Assembly (NCBI GenBank): GCA_965263035.1
Contig: OZ253580.1
Location: 192,001-256,000 of the forward strand
Direction: 5' to 3'
From: Acidobacteriota bacterium
Lineage (GTDB): Bacteria > Acidobacteriota > UBA6911 > RPQK01 > JAJDTT01
Length of the DNA stretch: 64,000 nucleotides
Position 1 is the stretch's first letter. Every line of letters starts with the position of its first letter. This document shows positions 57,903-64,000 of this stretch, in pieces. The notes beneath the pieces are model-generated. The model saw only the letters and a program-made list of their open reading frames with translations, did not search any database and was not told where the DNA came from. Position numbers and translations under genes: made by a program.

Positions 57903-60482
57903 ATGGTCTTCAAGTCCTGCATTCTCATCGTTTTCGGACTGCTCGGGTTCGGTTTCGGGGCGGAGTCCCGTTCAGCGGCGGTCCCGGACCCGTTGGCCCA
58001 AGAAGTCCGGACCCTCTTCGAGAATCACTGCATCCAGTGCCACGGTCCCTCGCAGCAACTGAACGGCCTTCGTCTGGACAGCCGGGAAGGCGCGCTGGAA
58101 GGGGGCTACTCGGGACCCTCTCTGGTCTTGGGCGACGGCGGCGGCAGCACCTTGATCCGGAGATTGACCAGCGACGACCCCAGCACGCGCATGCCCCTGG
58201 CGGCGCCACCCCTCCGTCCGGATCAGATCGAGGTGCTGACCCGTTGGATCGACCGGGGAGCCCCCTGGCCCCGCGACATGACGGTTCGAACCGGAGCGGA
58301 TTCCATCTCCTCGAAGCAGGTCCGGCACTGGTCGTTCCGCCCCATCGACCGGCCCGAGTCCCTGCCGGAGGCAACGGGACCGTGGGACCGGTCTCCCCTC
58401 GACTCGTTGATCCGGAACCGACTGGAGCAGGAAGGTCTGGCCCCTTCCCCCATGGCCCCCAAAGAGACCCTCATCCGAAGGGTCAGCCTGGATCTGACCG
58501 GTCTTCTGCCCAGCGTCGAGGAAGTGGAGGCCTTCTTGCGCGATGACCGGCCCGACGCCTATGAGCGGTTGGTGGACCGGCTGCTGGCATCACCCCGTTA
58601 CGGCGAGAAATGGGCGCGTCACTGGCTGGACCTGGCCCGCTACGCCGACAGCGACGGTTACGAGAAGGATCTGCTCCGTCCCCACGCCTGGCGCTGGCGG
58701 CAGTGGGTGGTCCAGGCTCTGAATCTCGACCTCCCCTTCGACCGCTTCACCATCGAGCAGTTGGCCGGAGACCTCCTTCCCGGGGCGAGCCTTGAACCGA
58801 GGGTCGCCACCGGATTCCTGCGCAGCGGCCTCAAGAACCGGGAAGCGGGCGTGCCTCGAGGTCAGGTGCGGTTCGAGGAGACGGTGGACCAGACCAACAC
58901 CATGGGCTCGGTCTGGCTGGGCCTGACCTTGGGCTGTGCCCAGTGTCACGACCACAAGTACGATCCCTTGAGCCAGATGGAGTACTACCAGTTCCTGGCC
59001 TTCTTCAATCAGACCCAGGGCCGGGAGATGGACGCACCCCTCGCCGGAGAAACGGAGCCCTACCTGGAAGAGTTCCCGCGCTACCGCCAGAAGCGGAGAG
59101 AACTTCTGGACAACGGCGAGATCTCGGTTCCCAGGCTCCAGGCGCGGTGGGAGGCCATGCTCCTGGAGGCAATGGAGCACCCGGGAAGGCATCTGGACTG
59201 GGACGACATACTCCGGGGCGCCATTCTCAGCGAGTTGGACCGGGCTCCCGAGTTGTTGCGGTCCGGTCCTGCGGGCCGCACTTGGCGGGAAAACGATCGG
59301 GTGACCCACTATTTCTTCAAGTTTCCCGGTCCGGAGAACGCCAAGGACGAGGCCCTGAGCGAGAAGTTGAAGGACCTGAAGGGAAAGCTGGCCGAGCTGG
59401 AGGGGTCCTTCCCCGACGTGACACGGGCCGACGTGGTCCAGGCCATGCCGGCCGCCACCCATATCGCACTGCGGGGGGACTATCGAGTTCCTGGGGTCGA
59501 GGTCCGGCCCGGCACGCCCGGCTGGCTGCCTCCCCTCCCGAATGGGGAAGAACCACCCCGGCTGCGCCTGGCCCGATGGCTGGTGGATAAGAACAATCCC
59601 CTGACCGCCCGAGTCGCCGCCAATCGATTCTGGCAGGAACTGTTCGGCCGCGGACTCGTGAGAACTCCCGAGGACTTCGGCACCCAGGGATCCAAGCCCT
59701 CCCACCCGGATCTCCTGGACTGGATGGCCTCGGAGTTCATGCACCGGGACTGGAGCCGGAAGCAGATGCTGCGCCGGCTGGTGACGTCGGCCACCTACCG
59801 CCAGGCCTCTCGCGTCGATCGGCGGCTGGAGGAGATGGATCCGGAAAATGTCCTGTTGGCCCGGCAGAATCGGCTGCGGCTTTCCGCCGAGTTGATCCGC
59901 GACGCCGCGCTGAGGGCGGGCGGTGTGCTGGATTCCCGAATCGGTGGCAAGAGCGTTCGTCCGGCTCAGCCCGATTGGATCGCCACGATCACGTATGGCA
60001 AGTCCGGCTGGGAGCCCAGTTCGGGTGCGGACCGCTTCCGCCGCGGCCTCTATGTGCTCTTCAGGCGAAGCGCCCCCTATCCCCAGATGGTCAACTTCGA
60101 CGCTCCCGACGCCAGCGCCGCGACCTGCCGGCGGGAACGTTCCAACACACCGCTCCAAGCCCTGAACCTGCTCAACGACCCCGTCTTCATGGAAGCCGCC
60201 CGGTTCCTGGCGCAACGCACACTCCGGGAGGCCCCTCCCCGGTGGGAAGAACGCTTGGACCACATCTACCATCTCTGTTTGAGTCGGGACCCCACTCCGG
60301 GCGAACGTCGTCTGTTCCGACGTTTTCTCGTACGGCAGAGGGCGATTCTCCAGGAGGAACCGGAGTCGGTGAAACAGCTCGCGAACGGTGCCGGTTCCGA
60401 TCTGGAGCCCCTGCTGGCGGCCACTTGGATCGCGGCTGCCCGAGCCGTGTTGAATCTGGACGAGTTCATCACCCGGGAATAG
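57903..60482 (+). CDS. Planctomycete cytochrome c + DUF1549 + DUF1553 (PSD1) protein
   Basis: CIQCH, HWSF, YGEKWARHWLD.ARYADS, CAQCHDHKYD, NPLTARV..NR.W, TPLQAL.LLN. Confidence 0.9.
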   Translation: MVFKSCILIVFGLLGFGFGAESRSAAVPDPLAQEVRTLFENHCIQCHGPSQQLNGLRLDSREGALEGGYSGPSLVLGDGGGSTLIRRLTSDDPSTRMPLAAPPLRPDQIEVLTRWIDRGAPWPRDMTVRTGADSISSKQVRHWSFRPIDRPESLPEATGPWDRSPLDSLIRNRLEQEGLAPSPMAPKETLIRRVSLDLTGLLPSVEEVEAFLRDDRPDAYERLVDRLLASPRYGEKWARHWLDLARYADSDGYEKDLLRPHAWRWRQWVVQALNLDLPFDRFTIEQLAGDLLPGASLEPRVATGFLRSGLKNREAGVPRGQVRFEETVDQTNTMGSVWLGLTLGCAQCHDHKYDPLSQMEYYQFLAFFNQTQGREMDAPLAGETEPYLEEFPRYRQKRRELLDNGEISVPRLQARWEAMLLEAMEHPGRHLDWDDILRGAILSELDRAPELLRSGPAGRTWRENDRVTHYFFKFPGPENAKDEALSEKLKDLKGKLAELEGSFPDVTRADVVQAMPAATHIALRGDYRVPGVEVRPGTPGWLPPLPNGEEPPRLRLARWLVDKNNPLTARVAANRFWQELFGRGLVRTPEDFGTQGSKPSHPDLLDWMASEFMHRDWSRKQMLRRLVTSATYRQASRVDRRLEEMDPENVLLARQNRLRLSAELIRDAALRAGGVLDSRIGGKSVRPAQPDWIATITYGKSGWEPSSGADRFRRGLYVLFRRSAPYPQMVNFDAPDASAATCRRERSNTPLQALNLLNDPVFMEAARFLAQRTLREAPPRWEERLDHIYHLCLSRDPTPGERRLFRRFLVRQRAILQEEPESVKQLANGAGSDLEPLLAATWIAAARAVLNLDEFITRE

Positions 60483-60484
60483 AG

Positions 60485-61930
60485 ATGACTCCCTTTCAAC
60501 TTCGTACCCTCCACGGCCGCCGGGACTTCCTGCAGAACTGCGCTTCCGGAATCGGCGTCATGGCTCTGGCCGACCTGCTCACCCTGGACGGCCTGACCGC
60601 CGCCTCCACTAAGGGCGGCCCCCTGCGGCCGGCGGCTCCCCACTTCGCACCCAAGGCCAAGAACTTCATCTTCATGTTCATGGAAGGCGGTCCCAGCCAG
60701 TACGAACTCTTCGATCCCAAACCGGCTCTCAACCAATATCACGGCAAACCTCTTCCCGAATCCCAGACCGAAGGCCTGGAATTCGCCTTCATTCAACCTT
60801 CGGCGTCGATCCTGGCAAGCTCCGTTCCCTTCCGGCGCTACGGCCGATGCGGCATGAAGCTCTCGGAGTTGATCCCCCACATCGGCTCCTGCGCCGACGA
60901 CATCAGCCTGGTCCGCTCCATGCACACCGACTCCTTCAACCATCATCCGGGACAGTTGCTGCTCTTCACCGGAACCATCCAGATGGGCCGTCCCAGCCTC
61001 GGCGCCTGGATCGCCTACGGCCTGGGGAGCGAGTCCAGGAACCTGCCGGGATTCGTGGTCCTGACTTCCGGCCCCGGGGGCACCAGCGGCGGGTCCACCA
61101 ATTTCGCCAGCGGCTTCCTGCCCTCCCACTACCAGGGAACGGTCTTTCGCCAGTCGGGAGACCCGATTCTCTACCTGGGCAACCCACCCGGGATCAGTCA
61201 TCCCACCCAGCGGGCTTCGTTGGACCTGATTCGGGATCTGAACCGAAAACATCGCGATGCCACCGGCGACGCCGAGATCGCCTCTCGCATCTCCAACTAC
61301 GAGCTGGCGTTCCGGATGCAGACGGCGGCTCCGGAGTTGACCGATCTCTCGTCCGAACCGGCCGAGACCCGGGAACTCTACGGCCTCGACCGTCCGGACG
61401 AAGCGGAGCGCCAGTTCGCGGGTAATTGCGTGCTGGCTCGCCGCATGGTGGAGCGGGGGGTCCGTTTCGTCCTGATGATGGACCACGGCTGGGACGATCA
61501 CACCGAGATCAACAAGAAGCTCCCCAAACGCGCCCGCAAGATCGACCGGCCCACGGCGGCCCTGCTCAAGGACCTGAAGCGGCGGGGCTTGCTGGAGGAG
61601 ACCCTGGTGGTGTGGGGCGGTGAGTTCGGGCGAACGCCCATGGTAGAGCTGAGAACCCCTGAAGACGCCAGCTACGCGGGCCGGGACCACCAGCCGTCCG
61701 CCTACAGTCTCTGGATGGCCGGAGGGGGAATCCAGGGAGGTCAGGTGGTGGGTCGAACCAACGACTTCGGGATCCGGATCGAGGAAGACCCGATCCACGT
61801 CCACGATCTGCAGGCCACCCTGCTCCACTGCCTCGGCCTCGACCACACTCGGCTCACCTACCGTTACATGGGCCGCGAGTTCCGGCTCACGGACGTGGCC
61901 GGCCGGGTGATGGAAAAGCTCTTGGCGTAA
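60485..61930 (+). CDS. DUF1501 family protein (Tat signal)
   Basis: RRDFL, FMEGGPSQ..LFDPKP, WDDH, WGGEFGRTP, GRDH, HVHDL.AT. Confidence 0.9.
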   Translation: MTPFQLRTLHGRRDFLQNCASGIGVMALADLLTLDGLTAASTKGGPLRPAAPHFAPKAKNFIFMFMEGGPSQYELFDPKPALNQYHGKPLPESQTEGLEFAFIQPSASILASSVPFRRYGRCGMKLSELIPHIGSCADDISLVRSMHTDSFNHHPGQLLLFTGTIQMGRPSLGAWIAYGLGSESRNLPGFVVLTSGPGGTSGGSTNFASGFLPSHYQGTVFRQSGDPILYLGNPPGISHPTQRASLDLIRDLNRKHRDATGDAEIASRISNYELAFRMQTAAPELTDLSSEPAETRELYGLDRPDEAERQFAGNCVLARRMVERGVRFVLMMDHGWDDHTEINKKLPKRARKIDRPTAALLKDLKRRGLLEETLVVWGGEFGRTPMVELRTPEDASYAGRDHQPSAYSLWMAGGGIQGGQVVGRTNDFGIRIEEDPIHVHDLQATLLHCLGLDHTRLTYRYMGREFRLTDVAGRVMEKLLA

Positions 61931-62050
61931 ACGCCCTCTTTTGTCTGCCCCCTGGCGCGACGACGTCCTGTTCCCTCCTCTGAGAAAAATAGGAAAGAGA
62001 AAAGCTCCCCCACCGGCCCGGTCCGGCGGACGCCCGGTAGAAAAAGGGTA

Positions 62051-62120
62051 GGAGCGCCGGTTTCCAACCGCCGAACTCCGGTGGAGCATGGAGGAATGGG
62101 CGACTGGAAGTCGCCCCTCC
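62051..62120. repeat. Inverted pair of GGAG-type REP elements
   Basis: GGAGCGCCGGTTTCCAACCGCC (+) and GGAGGGGCGACTTCCAGTCGCC (-). Confidence 0.7.
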
Positions 62121-62279
62121 TTGTTTCTTAGAAGAGTGAAGAAAGGCGCGTAATTTACGCGTAGCGGGCACCGCAACCGAAATGATCTCTTCAAGGCTAC
62201 CGGAGCCAGATTGGTTCGAAGCCTTGTTTCTCCCATGAATCCGCCGGGGCCCAGCCGGTGAGGGAGCTTTCCTCTTTCC

Positions 62280-63068
62280 TTACCGGGCGGCCAGGATGCT
62301 CCCCAGGAACTTTCGCGTCCGGGCTTCCCGCGGCTGAGAGAAGATGATCTTGGGAGCCGCGTCCTCCACGATCCGTCCCCGGTCCAGAAACACGACCCGA
62401 TCGGCGATGTCCCGGGCAAAGCCCATGTGGTGGGTCACGATCAACATGGTGATGTCGCTCTCCTGGGCCAGCATTTCCAACACCTGAAGCACCTCGCCCA
62501 CCAACTCGGGGTCCAGCGCAGACGTGACCTCGTCGAAGAGCATGATCCGGGGCTGCATGGCCAGCGCTCGCGCGATAGCCACCCGCTGCTTCTGACCTCC
62601 CGAGAGCTGCGCCGGGTAGGCTTCGATCTTGTCCAGGAGGCCGACTTTCTCCAGCAGAGCCAGAGCACGCCCCCGAGCCGATTCCTGGGACAGGCCCAGG
62701 ACCCGCAGGGGCGCCACCGTCAGGTTCTTGAGCACGGTCATGTGGGGAAACAGATTGAACTGCTGGAAGACCATTCCCACCTTGCTCCGAATCTCCCTCA
62801 AACGTCGAGATCCGGCGGGAACCTGCCTGCCACCGCGGTCCTGTTCCCAGACCGCCTGGCCGTCGATGAACACCTGGCCCGAGTCCACTCGCTCCAAGGT
62901 CATGAGGACTCGGAGAATGGTCGATTTTCCGGAACCGCTGGGACCGATCAGCGCCAGCTTCTGGGACGGGGGCACTTGGAGGTCGAGATCGTCCAACACC
63001 AGAAGCTCACCATACGACTTCCGGACCCGTTGCATGGAGATGATGGGATTGGGGCTGGTCTGGGACAA
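62280..63068 (-). CDS. ehuA: Polar amino-acid ABC ATPase, EhuA (ectoine)-like
   Basis: GPSGSGKST, LR.LMTLE, LSGGQ, FDEVTSALDPELVGEVL. Confidence 0.65.
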   Translation of the reverse strand: MSQTSPNPIISMQRVRKSYGELLVLDDLDLQVPPSQKLALIGPSGSGKSTILRVLMTLERVDSGQVFIDGQAVWEQDRGGRQVPAGSRRLREIRSKVGMVFQQFNLFPHMTVLKNLTVAPLRVLGLSQESARGRALALLEKVGLLDKIEAYPAQLSGGQKQRVAIARALAMQPRIMLFDEVTSALDPELVGEVLQVLEMLAQESDITMLIVTHHMGFARDIADRVVFLDRGRIVEDAAPKIIFSQPREARTRKFLGSILAAR

Positions 63069-63075
63069 GAGCTGC

Positions 63076-63999
63076 CTACTGAATCTGGAATCCGTACAGG
63101 TCGGCGCGCTGGAGGTGGAAGCGAAGACGGACCGGCCGGCCTCGCAAGGAAGCGAGATCCGGTTTTTCTTTCCAGGTCACTTCCTGCCGAGTGCTGTCGA
63201 AGGCCGCGAGCAAGCACTCGTCCCGGCCGTAACCAGCCAGCGGACGTCCTCCTTCGTCCAGGACCTCCACGGTCACCCCGCCACCGGCGGCCGCCGCGTT
63301 GACCGTCAACCGGGTCCCCTGGAATACCAGCGGATGGGTCGTCAGCATGCCTTCCCGCTCTCCGGCCCGCCGCGACGCGAACCCATTGGTGCGGTACTCC
63401 ACCCGGGCCGGAGCGATCTGGAACCCCCGGCTCTTTTCGATATGGTCCTCGCGCGTCTGGCCGGTATGGGCTTTTATCTCCGCCCAAAACGCTTCCCGCA
63501 CTTCCTCCACGGTCTGGCTGCAGCGGGGCCGCCGCCAACTCCAGATGCAATCGTACAGAGCCCACCCCGGTTCCACCGGAGCCGGTGGGGAAAGGTAGGC
63601 GCGACCGCTGTATTGCATATCGTCGAAGATCTTGGAGGCGGGAATTCCGGGGTCATCCGGACCGCCCCCCACCAGCTTGTCCCGGTTCCAGGCATTGAAG
63701 TGCAGGGTGTTTGTGCCGTGGTAGAAGCCGATGGAGCGGTCTCCCTCCACCGGGCCCTCCGCGAAACCGTAGACGATCCCGTAATCGAAGCTGCCCTCGG
63801 TTCCGTTGGGAATCCAGGCCTGATCTCCTCCCAGATCCTCCCAGTGGATCCCGTTGCGGCTCATCCAGAGTTGGATCGCCATCCGTTGAGTCCCGCAGTC
63901 GTAGAGCGGAAAGAAGGCGACGTAGAGGTCGCCGATCCGCTTCACCCGCTGCATCCCGTAGCTCTGGTGTTTCGGGTGTTCCCGCGGCGGCGCCCAGAT
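63076..63999 (-). CDS. GH32/43-like beta-propeller protein (5' end off window)
   Basis: SRNGIHW, GSFDYG, RTNGFAS, LTT.PL.F.G.RL.VNA, DLYGFQI; frame open to the window edge. Confidence 0.7.
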   Translation of the reverse strand: MWAPPREHPKHQSYGMQRVKRIGDLYVAFFPLYDCGTQRMAIQLWMSRNGIHWEDLGGDQAWIPNGTEGSFDYGIVYGFAEGPVEGDRSIGFYHGTNTLHFNAWNRDKLVGGGPDDPGIPASKIFDDMQYSGRAYLSPPAPVEPGWALYDCIWSWRRPRCSQTVEEVREAFWAEIKAHTGQTREDHIEKSRGFQIAPARVEYRTNGFASRRAGEREGMLTTHPLVFQGTRLTVNAAAAGGGVTVEVLDEGGRPLAGYGRDECLLAAFDSTRQEVTWKEKPDLASLRGRPVRLRFHLQRADLYGFQIQ

Positions 64000-64000
64000 G

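Noticed and set aside
8738-62419. Many long antisense or alternate-frame ORFs (e.g. 8738-10441, 19361-21493, 45052-47223, 58590-60272, 60266-62419)
   Set aside because: They overlap well-supported genes, lack motifs and are expected shadows of high-GC codon usage

Overview
GC-rich bacterial chromosomal window. The gene content (GWxTD protein, Oar-type TonB-dependent receptor, two CRTAC1/ASPIC-UnbV proteins, DUF1549/1553 plus DUF1501, MqnD) looks Acidobacteriota-like; this is an inference. Bases 1-8.4 kb hold housekeeping genes (YgfZ, MBL hydrolase, folB, IscA/ErpA, MocA-like) and an Rrf2-headed sulfur-carrier/cysteine operon (Rrf2, cysteine synthase, JAB peptidase, ThiS-MoeB-rhodanese fusion). 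Bases 8.45-12.7 kb hold three stacked mobile elements: a 159-bp hairpin MITE, an IS4/IS50-like element whose transposase carries an extra DUF4338-like N-terminal domain, and an IS1182 element. A second 158-160-bp hairpin MITE occurs three times, and one copy is inserted in frame into the signal peptide of a YqgE/AlgH protein. The two MITE families have different ends but share length, a central GAGG-N1-2-GCATAS-N5-STAT hairpin and strand-specific G-U pairing. Bases 16.7-18 kb are a pseudogene patch. The rest is largely secreted or periplasmic catabolic-type genes, a TA pair, a secreted TldD/E pair and GGAG-type REP repeats. No rRNA, tRNA or CRISPR array was seen. Family calls come from motif recognition only; no searches were run.
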